64,000 nt of DNA from a virus. Its lineage: Duplodnaviria; Heunggongvirae; Uroviricota; Caudoviricetes. A program made the translations under genes and the position numbers. Positions 9,101-17,883 of the stretch are shown here, piece after piece (position 1 is the first letter of the stretch; every line of letters starts with the position of its first letter). Location: IMG/VR virus record IMGVR_UViG_3300028048_000051, positions 111,843 through 175,842 of that record, one strand, 5' to 3'. The notes under the pieces are model-generated. The model searched no databases. It was not told the DNA's origin and saw only the letters and a list, made by a program, of their open reading frames with translations.

Positions 9101-9542
9101 TGGCGTCGAACATGGCATTTGCACGATTGACGACGCACACCTCGGGGATGCCTTCGTTGTTGATTCGTATTGCTTGCGCAACGACGGAGCGTGATTGCAG
9201 CACGACGTTTCCCGGTAGGGCATGGATGAGTATGAAGCCGTCCTTGCCTCCGGGATCAACGAGGGAGGCTCCCTGAGTGTCCATCAATCGCCAATGTGCG
9301 GAGTTGACGGAGAGCAGCACACCATCCCGAGAAGAGGCATCAGAATCTGATTCCTTTACAAAGGTGAGCGACTGCTGAGTAAGTTTACCAAATTTGTCAG
9401 GAGAATCGAATAATGGATACATCATAAGTGATGCACGTTGGATCTGTGCAGTTCCGGGATCGTCGGTAAGGATACTCTCGTATTTACCAACATCGATTCC
9501 CGGTACCGGGTCTGTATCAACCGTATAACAAAGAAGTGACAT
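8991..9542 (-). CDS. hypothetical protein (minus-strand ORF, divergent from the RT gene)
   Basis: 183-aa ORF with protein-like composition. Its start codon abuts the RT ATG (cat|ATG) and its 3' end overlaps 8483..9100 by about 110 nt. Alternative reading: this span is the RT-associated ncRNA. Confidence 0.3.
   Translation of the reverse strand: MSLLCYTVDTDPVPGIDVGKYESILTDDPGTAQIQRASLMMYPLFDSPDKFGKLTQQSLTFVKESDSDASSRDGVLLSVNSAHWRLMDTQGASLVDPGGKDGFILIHALPGNVVLQSRSVVAQAIRINNEGIPEVCVVNRANAMFDAIKLSAPAPKVPSFSKPGKDGKGRRVSTRPGILPLPQ
9101..9542 (+). ncRNA. candidate RT-associated non-coding RNA region (retron msr/msd-like or DRT-type ncRNA); speculative
   Basis: About 440 nt immediately upstream of a small retron-sized RT with no + strand ORF. 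Short palindromes (cccggtaccggg, ttgcgcaa, gggaggctccc); no long a1/a2 pair found by eye. Confidence 0.2.
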
Positions 9543-10499
9543 ATGTTTGATTTCGATATGCCTCCCATCTCATGGAGGGAAGCAAGGATTCCCAAAAAAT
9601 CCGGGGGATTCCGTAAACTGGAGATCCCCAACGACGAGTTGAAGGCGGTACAACGTACTATCTTACAATACTTGTACCGTAACAAACGGCTTCGTCCGTC
9701 TGCCATGGCCCACGGGTTTGTTCCGTTCAGGAATACCTGCACGGCCCTGACACACCACAATACCAAAGCACCGATTATTCTGTGCATGGATATCCATGAC
9801 TTCTTCGGGACCTTTCCCCTGGAACCGGTGCGGGGGCGAATGCTGTCTGCCGGGTTGCCGGCTACTGTGGTGGACAAAATCCTGTCTGTCTGTACCTACA
9901 AGGGACATTTCCCTCAGGGTGCTCCGACTTCGCCGTATCTTACCAACATCGGAATGTTGGACACCGACAGGGTGCTTGCCGCCTACGCGTCGCGCCATGG
10001 TTACATCTACACCAGGTATGCCGACGACATTACCTTCTCTCTGAAGTCGTCTGAAAGGCCGATCAAAGGACAGGCATTCATTTTCTACGGCGTGGAGAAG
10101 ATTCTCAGTGTGATGCTGGGTATTCATCTCAAGAAATCCAAAAGTCACATCATCGACATCAAAGGTCGTGCCGCACGTCGCGTCACCGGTGTCGTGGTGC
10201 GCAAAGACGGGCTTGGGTTCAATGCACCGCGGAAAATGCGTAAAAACACTCGCGCCGGTATTCATAACCTGGCGGAGAAGATCAGGAAAAATCGAGGCAG
10301 GGTTTTCGACGAGGACCATCTGAAGTGGCGTGAACTGCTGGGTTATGCCAGGTACATGGATACGCTGCGCAGTTACAGCCCGGAACCGCAGGCGGCCGGA
10401 GCCGATCCGACGATATCTGAGATCGACTGGCGCTATCTGTGTCGGAAATTCAATTACAAGAAAGGATTGGAAGATGGAAATGGAACAATTCCCGATTGA
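9543..10499 (+). CDS. reverse transcriptase, small retron/DRT-like (RT domain only, 318 aa)
   Basis: Contains motif 1/2 IPKKSGGFRKLEIP, motif A ILCMDIHDFF, motif B' QGAPTSPYLTN, motif C YTRYADDITF, motif D/E LGIHLKKSKS, and an RRVTGVVV 'VTG' motif typical of retron-type RTs. Confidence 0.85.
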   Translation: MFDFDMPPISWREARIPKKSGGFRKLEIPNDELKAVQRTILQYLYRNKRLRPSAMAHGFVPFRNTCTALTHHNTKAPIILCMDIHDFFGTFPLEPVRGRMLSAGLPATVVDKILSVCTYKGHFPQGAPTSPYLTNIGMLDTDRVLAAYASRHGYIYTRYADDITFSLKSSERPIKGQAFIFYGVEKILSVMLGIHLKKSKSHIIDIKGRAARRVTGVVVRKDGLGFNAPRKMRKNTRAGIHNLAEKIRKNRGRVFDEDHLKWRELLGYARYMDTLRSYSPEPQAAGADPTISEIDWRYLCRKFNYKKGLEDGNGTIPD

Positions 10500-11412
10500 T
10501 GACGTGATCCCGGTGGATCATGCGCATCTGATCGAGGACCAAAACCGCCTGATCCTGCAACATGGTGGGGTGGTTACTCGCGTATTCTTCAACAAGGTAT
10601 CGCGGATGCCGCTGGATCATTATCTGAAGCACGAACTGCCGAAGGCTGACGGGACGACGAAATGTCACCTGATCCGAGACTACAACCACAATAACATCAC
10701 CATGATTCTGGACGATCACGTGGCGGTGTATGATGTGGCTTCGATCGAGGAAGTGTCTTTGAAAGATTTGGCCGACAACCTGATCACGACACAGAATCTG
10801 GAGCTGTTTCCAGATATTCCGTATCAGATCATCGGGTACATCAAACAACAGGACTGCCTGCTCGTCACGGTGTATATCCCAGCCAGTTGGTTCAATTACA
10901 GAGCTGCTGACGTGGATTCGGTGCGGGTGATGCATCCGCCGCTGTGGTTCAGAATCAAGCTCAACAATGCCGGAGCCCTGCTGTCTTCCGCCATGGCGGT
11001 GGTGCGAACCACAGAACCGCGATGGAAAAATACGCAGCTGTACAAATGGCTGTTGCCTAACGTATTTCCGAACAATGAAATATGTTTGGGATGTTCCCAA
11101 CTGTCCGGGGGCATCGATAATCCCACGAGCGGCCAGGCAATCATGTCGGTGTATCATCAGGTATTCGACAGTTTGTGGAACTACCATTTGTTCAACAGCG
11201 ATGATGCCGACAAGGCCGTCATGGCTGCATTCAATGCATTACCGAAAAACAGGGTACCGTTCGAGGGTCTGACGGACAAGGCACACAGTGCCACCGCATC
11301 CATAAAACGCATGCTGTCCGTGCTGCACCAGCCGGAAGGTTGGCGACAGATAAAATGGCCCGAGAATCAGTTTTCCGCCGAGGACTTTGTCCGAGGTAAG
11401 GGAGGTAGGTGA
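10474..11412 (+). CDS. hypothetical protein immediately downstream of and overlapping the RT gene
   Basis: Internal ATG (MEMEQF) of ORF 10330..11412. Contains VFPNNEICLGCSQL and MHPPLW segments with weak resemblance to E2/UEV-like HPN loops. Confidence 0.5.
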   Translation: MEMEQFPIDDVIPVDHAHLIEDQNRLILQHGGVVTRVFFNKVSRMPLDHYLKHELPKADGTTKCHLIRDYNHNNITMILDDHVAVYDVASIEEVSLKDLADNLITTQNLELFPDIPYQIIGYIKQQDCLLVTVYIPASWFNYRAADVDSVRVMHPPLWFRIKLNNAGALLSSAMAVVRTTEPRWKNTQLYKWLLPNVFPNNEICLGCSQLSGGIDNPTSGQAIMSVYHQVFDSLWNYHLFNSDDADKAVMAAFNALPKNRVPFEGLTDKAHSATASIKRMLSVLHQPEGWRQIKWPENQFSAEDFVRGKGGR

Positions 11413-11669
11413 TGAGACCGAGTATTGCCGGCCGCCACTCCAAATTGAGGTGTGTAGAAGCGCCAGTCATGGTTACACGCGCCGGTAAAATGCTTTTTGA
11501 GGATGTTACGGTGTATTATCCGGAACTGAAAGCACTGGCGCTGGCTTTCAACAAATCCAAGGAGACCAGACGTATGAACATCTTGGCTGAACACGTCAAG
11601 AACGAACGACATATGGCTGGGGAAATCAACACGGAGGACCTGGATATAACCGTCCTCGACAACAAGTAA
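11409..11669 (+). CDS. hypothetical small protein
   Basis: ATGATG start overlapping the upstream stop codon (GTGATG). Confidence 0.45.
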   Translation: MMRPSIAGRHSKLRCVEAPVMVTRAGKMLFEDVTVYYPELKALALAFNKSKETRRMNILAEHVKNERHMAGEINTEDLDITVLDNK

Positions 11670-11679
11670 AGGTATTCAA

Positions 11680-12747
11680 ATGAAAAACATGATTGTGGGC
11701 AGCGATGGCTGTCTGATTCGGACTCAGTCCAAGCTGATTTCCGGATGGGAGAAGTGCGACGACCTGAAAGTACTCAAGGCGTATGCCAAACCCCTGCCCG
11801 ATGGCTTTCAGGATGGGCTGAAGTGGATCGGAGCCAAAATTCCGGTCGAACTGATGCGCCGCATGTGGGCAACAATGAAAGAATTTCCTCATCGGGAAAT
11901 CGGATTCATGTTGTACATCAACAGCGAGAGTGGGGAGTGGTATGTAAAGTGCCCGCCTCAGCGCGGTTCCGGCGGCAGCGTCTTCATGGAAGACAAGGGA
12001 GAAGGCGTTCCTGACGGATTCGCCTGGATCGGCACTGTGCATACGCATCCCAACATGGGCGCGTTTTGGAGTGGCACCGATCAGAATGACCAGAAGGCCA
12101 AGTACGGGCTGCACTTCGTTTTCGGACTTGACGACGGTGTGCCCAAGCGGTGGAAGGTGACGATCTTCACACCGCGGGCGTCGTACGATCAGGAGATTCT
12201 TGACGTAGTTGAAGCCCTTCCGGATGACCAGAATCTTGGCGAGCCCGTCAAGGAATGGCTGGAGGTGTTGAATAAGCCGCTGCCCGAATCCGCCGAACGT
12301 CAGCGCTGCAATGTCGCGTGGTCTACTCCGATGTCGCCCTCGATGGCGTCGGCATTGCTCACCAAGCCGACGCTGTCGATACCTTCCGGGTCTTACTCCG
12401 ATCCTTCTCGCGAACGCAGAGCGCTCATGACCGATGTATTCAGAGAGGGATGGGAAGAGGTGCTCAAGGCACATATCGATTCTCTGTTCGGGCTTCTCGA
12501 TATGTGCGAAGATTCTTTCCCCGAACTTATGATATCCGACCTGCTCGTTGAGCAAATGTATAATCACGGGTGGCAGGATGCGGTGATGCAGTCATTGATG
12601 GAGATCCAGTCCGATGATGGATGGAGTTCTGCAGAATTGCGCAGAGCCTACGACATGCAACTTGCCGAGGGTCAGGATAAGTATCCGCCGAATGACGCTG
12701 ATGATGACCTGTGGGATGTGGGCTGCAGAAAGGCTTCCAAATGCTGA
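11680..12747 (+). CDS. JAB/MPN (JAMM) metallopeptidase domain protein with C-terminal extension
   Basis: E...GTVHTHPNMGAFWSGTDQND is the JAMM motif HxHx7Sx2D. Confidence 0.75.
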   Translation: MKNMIVGSDGCLIRTQSKLISGWEKCDDLKVLKAYAKPLPDGFQDGLKWIGAKIPVELMRRMWATMKEFPHREIGFMLYINSESGEWYVKCPPQRGSGGSVFMEDKGEGVPDGFAWIGTVHTHPNMGAFWSGTDQNDQKAKYGLHFVFGLDDGVPKRWKVTIFTPRASYDQEILDVVEALPDDQNLGEPVKEWLEVLNKPLPESAERQRCNVAWSTPMSPSMASALLTKPTLSIPSGSYSDPSRERRALMTDVFREGWEEVLKAHIDSLFGLLDMCEDSFPELMISDLLVEQMYNHGWQDAVMQSLMEIQSDDGWSSAELRRAYDMQLAEGQDKYPPNDADDDLWDVGCRKASKC

Positions 12748-13640
12748 ACATATATGTGATCGGCTGTGGAGGAATCGGAGGATATCTGCTGGACTTGCTG
12801 CCTCAGGCACTGGCCAGTGCCAGTCTCGATGCAATACAGGCCAACGGCACCGACATTACCCCCTTGCTGGAGAAAGCGGGTAATTGCTATATCCAATGTG
12901 TTGCCGACAGGCTGGTATTGATCGATGGCGACTCGTTCAATGCCCGCAATGCGCTGCGCCAGGGAGCAGGAGCCGGAGGCAAGCTGGTGACGCGCCTGCG
13001 GAGGATCAAGGATTCCATGCTGATGCAGACCTATCTGCAGGGCATGCATCTTTCAGGGGTCGATGGATACATCACCCCCGACAATATGGAGGATCTCATC
13101 CCTCGCATGGCTCCCGAAAACCCGGATAACATGCCGGACAACGCGTTTGCCGACAACTCTGGTGGGTTTGTGCTGCCAGGCCGCAAACACTATGCTTCCA
13201 CGGTAGTGTTCCTGTGCGTGGACAACGTCAAGACTCGGTACGAGGTTTCCAAATATATGGAGACATTCGATAATTGTCTAGTCATCAATGGCGGAAACGA
13301 GCGTACCACCGGGCATGTAACCGTGTATGAGAGGGTTGGCGGCATACCGCTTGATCCCAACATCATGGACATCTATCCCAACATCACGCCGGATGCCGAC
13401 AAGCGTCCGGACGAGTTGGCGTGTACTGCGGTAGCCCCCAAGCATGACCAGATCGCGGTCACCAATGCGATCGTAGCCAACGTGATGGCGATGATTTTCA
13501 TCCGATGGCTCGCCAACGGCACCATCAACCGGCAGATAACCCGCAAGGGATCTGTTGTGGTGGAACGCAAGAATGAAGTCGTCATCGACATAGAAACTAT
13601 GACGATGACTCCGTTGTATCACCCGAGAAACGATGGGTGA
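12741..13640 (+). CDS. ThiF/MoeB/E1-like ubiquitin-activating-enzyme family protein
   Basis: MLNIYVIGCGGIGGYLLDLL is the Rossmann GxGxxG motif. LIDGDSFNARNALRQ resembles the E1 motif LxDxDxVexSNLnRQ. ATG overlaps the upstream stop (ATGCTGA). Confidence 0.8.
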   Translation: MLNIYVIGCGGIGGYLLDLLPQALASASLDAIQANGTDITPLLEKAGNCYIQCVADRLVLIDGDSFNARNALRQGAGAGGKLVTRLRRIKDSMLMQTYLQGMHLSGVDGYITPDNMEDLIPRMAPENPDNMPDNAFADNSGGFVLPGRKHYASTVVFLCVDNVKTRYEVSKYMETFDNCLVINGGNERTTGHVTVYERVGGIPLDPNIMDIYPNITPDADKRPDELACTAVAPKHDQIAVTNAIVANVMAMIFIRWLANGTINRQITRKGSVVVERKNEVVIDIETMTMTPLYHPRNDG

Positions 13641-13679
13641 TTATAGTAAACCAAGGCCAACAAAGAAAGGAAAAGGAAA

Positions 13680-14057
13680 ATGGCTCAGGTTAACTTCCAT
13701 GTCAGGTCCAACCGCATCTCGCAGATGGAGGTGGACGGAAACAAGACGGTTGCGGAGATCCGTGAGATGCTCGCGCAGGCCGGTTTCGATGTGCGGGAAT
13801 CGCACGTCACGATCATCCGTAAGGACAATACGGCCTTGATCGGACACACCGATGGCTATGTCCCGGGGAATACCGACATCGTGCGTTTCGACACCTCGAC
13901 CGTGAATCTGCCGCTGGCGGAACGGGCCTATCGTGAGGCGGGTAATGCCTGCTGCGAAGCCTGCCGGCAGCCCGATGCTTCTGTTCGCGTCGGCGGTCAT
14001 GTGCTGAGTGTCGAGGCCGGCGAGGACGGCAAGACCGTGGTCATCAGGTTCCGGTAA
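13680..14057 (+). CDS. hypothetical protein (possible beta-grasp-like)
   Basis: ORF with a purine-rich ribosome-binding site; no motif recognised. Confidence 0.5.
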   Translation: MAQVNFHVRSNRISQMEVDGNKTVAEIREMLAQAGFDVRESHVTIIRKDNTALIGHTDGYVPGNTDIVRFDTSTVNLPLAERAYREAGNACCEACRQPDASVRVGGHVLSVEAGEDGKTVVIRFR

Positions 14058-14138
14058 TCCCGGAACCAGATGGGAGTATTCAACAAACAATCAACAACCA
14101 AATGTAAAAACACAATTTTTCAAGAAAGGTATTTCAAA

Positions 14139-14684
14139 ATGAAGAACATCACCATTATCGCCATCGAGAACAACGTCACCCGTACTTTCGTCGCCGCCGA
14201 GGATGAAACTCTCCGCTCCGTGTTGGAGCATGAGGATGTCCTCAATTTCTTCGACGCCGAGGCAGAGACCATCCGCAGCCATTTCGACACCTACAACGGC
14301 ACCGACATGTCGAACGAGGCGGTCGCCAGTGCGCTGCTCAACGCCGTCGTCAACGATGGCGACGTCATCGAGATCGATCTTGCCGGCAGCGAAGAAGCGG
14401 GAGAGGACAACGACGCTCAGGGCGGAACTTGTGTGGTCGCCACCTCCGGCGGCATGCAGGAAACCGAAGTTACGATCACCGAAGGCATGACCGTGCGTGA
14501 TGCGGTCTACAGCGAGGCCGTGCGCACCCGCTCCGGCATGACCGACGCCCAGCTTTCGGCCAGCAACTTCACCATCAACGGTGAAACCATTGCGGCAGCC
14601 AACCTCGGCAGTCGGCAGGTCCGTAACGGAGATCGCATCGTGCTTTCCCCGCATGCCGCCTGCACCAAGGGCTGCCGTCGGTAA
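14139..14684 (+). CDS. tandem ThiS/MoaD-like (beta-grasp, ubiquitin-like) domain protein with internal di-glycine motifs
   Basis: Domain 1 ends ...NDGDVIEIDLAGSEEAGEDNDAQGG; the linker reads TCVVATSGG; domain 2 reads EVTITEGMTVRDAVY...FTINGETIAA...NGDRIVLSP, resembling ThiS INGE...DGDxIxI. Confidence 0.55.
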   Translation: MKNITIIAIENNVTRTFVAAEDETLRSVLEHEDVLNFFDAEAETIRSHFDTYNGTDMSNEAVASALLNAVVNDGDVIEIDLAGSEEAGEDNDAQGGTCVVATSGGMQETEVTITEGMTVRDAVYSEAVRTRSGMTDAQLSASNFTINGETIAAANLGSRQVRNGDRIVLSPHAACTKGCRR

Positions 14685-14692
14685 TCCGCACT

Positions 14693-15208
14693 ATGCGGAC
14701 ATGGCAGATACACATTCCAGTACGTCCCAAGTGCGTACAGTCCACCGCGTTCAGACGCGGTCAGGGCGCGTACGCACCTAAGGACGTAAAAGAGTGGAAA
14801 GCCAAGATACGCCCGTTCATAATGGCCTCCTGCGGGGGGCCTCCCACCAAACTTCCGGTCGAGATCGTAGCACTCAGATACATATTCAAGTACCCGCAGA
14901 GCACGCCCCTGAACGTCAGAGAGTACATCCGTGCCGGAGGACTTGTTCCTTACCTAAAGGCCGCGGATATTCATGACAACCTCAACAAGGGCACGATAGA
15001 TGTCTGCAAAGGTATCGTATTCGAGGACGACAACCTCGTATGGCGGATCAAAGGCACGGTGGAGAAGGTGTACGGAGAACAGGACGGAATGTATCTGGAA
15101 TTCCGCGAATGTCCAGATGTCATGCTGATAGACGGACGGAAAGGAAAAGATCTTGATGAGTCTGCTGACGAAATTCAAGACGACTCCGGAACTTTTGGCT
15201 GGTCGTAA
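14693..15208 (+). CDS. rusA: RusA-like Holliday junction resolvase
   Basis: WQIHIPVRP... N-terminus, and ADIHDNLNKGTIDVCKGIVFEDDNLV matching the RusA DxDNxxKxxxDal...DD motif. Confidence 0.55.
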   Translation: MRTWQIHIPVRPKCVQSTAFRRGQGAYAPKDVKEWKAKIRPFIMASCGGPPTKLPVEIVALRYIFKYPQSTPLNVREYIRAGGLVPYLKAADIHDNLNKGTIDVCKGIVFEDDNLVWRIKGTVEKVYGEQDGMYLEFRECPDVMLIDGRKGKDLDESADEIQDDSGTFGWS

Positions 15209-15551
15209 GGATCTCCATCTGATTGTGGATCTGCTGTGGCAGAGAGGACCGTTCACCCGTACCCAGGTGTATCGGAAAATCTCCGATATGCTTGGATCGG
15301 GTGAGCTGGTCCACATTTCCGATCTTAAACTGTCCCAGATACGCTGGCTTGTCGATGCACTGCAGTTTGAATTGCAGAAAGTCGGAGTACTGCGTTGCAA
15401 GGACTGCAAGTACAAGTTCGTAGATCCGGTTTCCGGATTGTTTCGTTGCTCCAAATGGGGCAGTTTTTTCGAGAAGGGCGCGGTTGACATTGTCCCGTGC
15501 GAGGATTTCAGGAGAATAAAAAATGATTTTTCCATCAACCTTCAAACTTGA
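15153..15551 (+). CDS. hypothetical protein with Cys cluster (CKDCKY...C...C)
   Basis: ORF with ribosome-binding site; overlaps rusA 3' end by 56 nt. Confidence 0.4.
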   Translation: MMSLLTKFKTTPELLAGRKDLHLIVDLLWQRGPFTRTQVYRKISDMLGSGELVHISDLKLSQIRWLVDALQFELQKVGVLRCKDCKYKFVDPVSGLFRCSKWGSFFEKGAVDIVPCEDFRRIKNDFSINLQT

Positions 15552-16584
15552 CTGGTACGGAAGAATACTGGACGTTTATCTTCCGGTCGGGAAACGGAAT
15601 ACCAAAGAGTATCCGGAGTTCTACAAGGATTCCGAGGTATATCTGAACGCACGTCAGTTGAGTCAGCGTTTCCCGTACAACCCTCTGTGGATGTTGCTGC
15701 ACAGGCAAAATACACTGAAACACGACGTCAGAAAGATGAACAGATTGCCGCCTTCCACCGGCAAGCACAAGATCAAGCGAGATCAGACGCAATCGGATAG
15801 AGAGTCCATCATCGGACTGCTTTCAGAGGTGCTTCAGCCCGGTGTGAAGGGTTCGCGGCAGGGGCGCTACATAAGCATTCAGCAGCTGAGAGATATTCTC
15901 TATCTCGCCATCGCGAATTGGAACAAGCTCAAGATGCCCAAATCCGTGTACATCGACAGATGCTGTGCGTCTCCATCTGACGCAGATGCGCTGTACCTGT
16001 CGACCAAGGAGTGGTTCAGTGCCTGGTTGAATCTGCTCACCTCCGATCTGCCGGCAGCAGAGGGAGAGGCGGATGCGCTGTCCTATTACAGGGATTGGGC
16101 AAGGCAACTGGTGCACCGGGATCATCATCCGGAAAACTCTTCCGCGATGCTTCCGGAGCGTATCATCCCCTACGCCGGTGAGGACCGCGTGGAACTGCAG
16201 CTGGCTCCCGTGCAGAGTGTGGCACAGCAGATGGCGTTGAAGCCGGAAGATATCATTGCCGATCCGCATACCACACTGACTTTGAAAACCGAAGTGGTAG
16301 TCAATCACGCAACCTCGGAAGAGATACATGAAATCATGGAGCGCATCCAGTTGCTCGATGATTCCGGAGCCAAATTCTCGGTAGGAGGGATGGGAACGCT
16401 GGTGATCGAGATCACGGTTCCCACTTATTGCGGATATCCGATAAGCGATGGAGACCACTCGTTGTCTTTGGTCACCGCGGCGAGACATATCGACACCATA
16501 TTGCGACTAGTTGAAGTAGCCCGCAATATGCAGGAAAGTCAGCGGCATGTGGAAAAACTGGCAGAAGCCTATTCCGGGAGGTGA
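15523..16584 (+). CDS. hypothetical protein
   Basis: 353-aa ORF with ribosome-binding site GGAG before the ATG. Confidence 0.55.
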   Translation: MIFPSTFKLDWYGRILDVYLPVGKRNTKEYPEFYKDSEVYLNARQLSQRFPYNPLWMLLHRQNTLKHDVRKMNRLPPSTGKHKIKRDQTQSDRESIIGLLSEVLQPGVKGSRQGRYISIQQLRDILYLAIANWNKLKMPKSVYIDRCCASPSDADALYLSTKEWFSAWLNLLTSDLPAAEGEADALSYYRDWARQLVHRDHHPENSSAMLPERIIPYAGEDRVELQLAPVQSVAQQMALKPEDIIADPHTTLTLKTEVVVNHATSEEIHEIMERIQLLDDSGAKFSVGGMGTLVIEITVPTYCGYPISDGDHSLSLVTAARHIDTILRLVEVARNMQESQRHVEKLAEAYSGR

Positions 16585-16586
16585 AT

Positions 16587-17819
16587 ATGAAACTTGCCGA
16601 TGTGTTCGCAGACATAGCAGCAGAAGCTCCTGAAGCCACCAAGGTACGGCTTGAGGAGAACATGATCCATGTAACTGCCGCTGTGGTTTATGTTGGACCG
16701 GTGGAGTCCGAACATCAGCGTGCATGTCCCAACGGCAAACTTCTGCCATATCTTCCGAACAAGCCCAGACACAAGAATATCACCGATGTGGATCATCTGC
16801 GTCCGGAAAAACTTTTCAGGCCGGAGTCGGTAAAGTTGCCGACGGAGGTGCTGGCGAAGTATGCCGTGGAGGGTATGGCAGGCGATCTGTATATCACCTT
16901 CGGCAATATCCCGGGTCGTACATTCGAGCTTCTGTTGATGGTCGCCAGCGAGGTAAATGATAAGAAGATATGGCGCATCGTCTGGCGTTCGGAAGCATCG
17001 GATCATTTCAAGATAGCATACAAACGGTTTCTCTTGTCGACTTTGGAACCGCGTCTGTGCAGTGACTGTATTTCCGGTGAGTATGATTGGAAGATCCAGA
17101 CGTCGTATCGCGTCAATAATCCGGTATTGGCGATCAACAACAAGACCGAGACCTTGTATCATCTTCTGAAATACATCAAGGACCCTGCCGCGCTCCCCGA
17201 TTTCATCGTCGATGATGACTACGGACAGATATATTGTCCGGATGGCTGGAAAGATTCCACTCGGGATTTCACAAAACTCAGAACGGCTAAAGCCAAGGAG
17301 GTAAAAATGAGCGATGTAAAAATGCTCGGAAAACTGCCAATGCCCGATATCGGGACGGCCAAGAAGAAAGAAGAGGCCGGCGTCGCACCGGCTGCGGATC
17401 AGTCTGCCGTGACGTCGAATACCGTCAAGCAGTCCGCGGTACAGGAACCGTCGCAACCCGCTGCTCCGATATCGACGTCGAAAGTTTCGGACACCCCTGA
17501 ACTCCAGACTCCGCCAGCGGAAGCAGTCCAGCCGGAGATCGCGAATGCTCCCGCCGAAGAGGAGAAGCCTAAGCGTCAGCGTCGAATGAAGCAGGCCACG
17601 ACTGTGGGATTCAACTTCGACGAGGTGATTGAATATCTCGGGCATCCGGTAACTCTTGGCGCGGCAGATATTCCTGCGGCGGTCAATGAGGTGCGTATTA
17701 TTCGTGATCTACAGATCGCGGCAGCACGCAGGATGGCTAACATCTGTACCGGGCTGAACGAAATCGCCGGCCCGGCGATGGAGAAGTGCGGTAAGATCAA
17801 GGATCTGATGAACAACTAA
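16587..17819 (+). CDS. hypothetical protein with Pro/Ala/Glu-rich disordered segment
   Basis: ORF 16581..17819; second ATG chosen (GGGAGG at good spacing). Confidence 0.55.
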   Translation: MKLADVFADIAAEAPEATKVRLEENMIHVTAAVVYVGPVESEHQRACPNGKLLPYLPNKPRHKNITDVDHLRPEKLFRPESVKLPTEVLAKYAVEGMAGDLYITFGNIPGRTFELLLMVASEVNDKKIWRIVWRSEASDHFKIAYKRFLLSTLEPRLCSDCISGEYDWKIQTSYRVNNPVLAINNKTETLYHLLKYIKDPAALPDFIVDDDYGQIYCPDGWKDSTRDFTKLRTAKAKEVKMSDVKMLGKLPMPDIGTAKKKEEAGVAPAADQSAVTSNTVKQSAVQEPSQPAAPISTSKVSDTPELQTPPAEAVQPEIANAPAEEEKPKRQRRMKQATTVGFNFDEVIEYLGHPVTLGAADIPAAVNEVRIIRDLQIAAARRMANICTGLNEIAGPAMEKCGKIKDLMNN

Positions 17820-17829
17820 GCAAGAAAGG

Positions 17830-17882
17830 ATAAGAGCGTGTGACTCTCCTGTCGAAGGTGGTCACACGCTCTTATTGTTTGT
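17830..17882 (+). terminator. rho-independent terminator-like hairpin
   Basis: ATAAGAGCGTGTGAC / GTCACACGCTCTTAT perfect 15-bp stem, 16-nt loop, then TGTTTGT. Confidence 0.55.
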
Positions 17883-17883
17883 C

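Noticed and set aside
9101-10499. Diversity-generating retroelement (DGR) reading of the RT and its upstream non-coding region
   Set aside because: RT motif B' is QGAPTSP (retron/group II type) rather than the DGR-type [IVL]GxxxSQ. No template/variable repeat pair was visible between the upstream region and nearby gene 3' ends, and no avd-like gene is present.
10450-11187. 245-aa minus-strand ORF
   Set aside because: Antisense to gene 10474..11412, with no independent signals.
14058-14138. TTCCGG-TAATC-CCGGAA hairpin after gene 13680..14057 as a terminator
   Set aside because: Only a 6-bp stem with no downstream U-tract. More likely an AT-rich promoter or ribosome-binding-site region.
16569-17645. 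358-aa minus-strand ORF
   Set aside because: Antisense to a well-supported + strand gene; low-complexity Arg/Leu composition.
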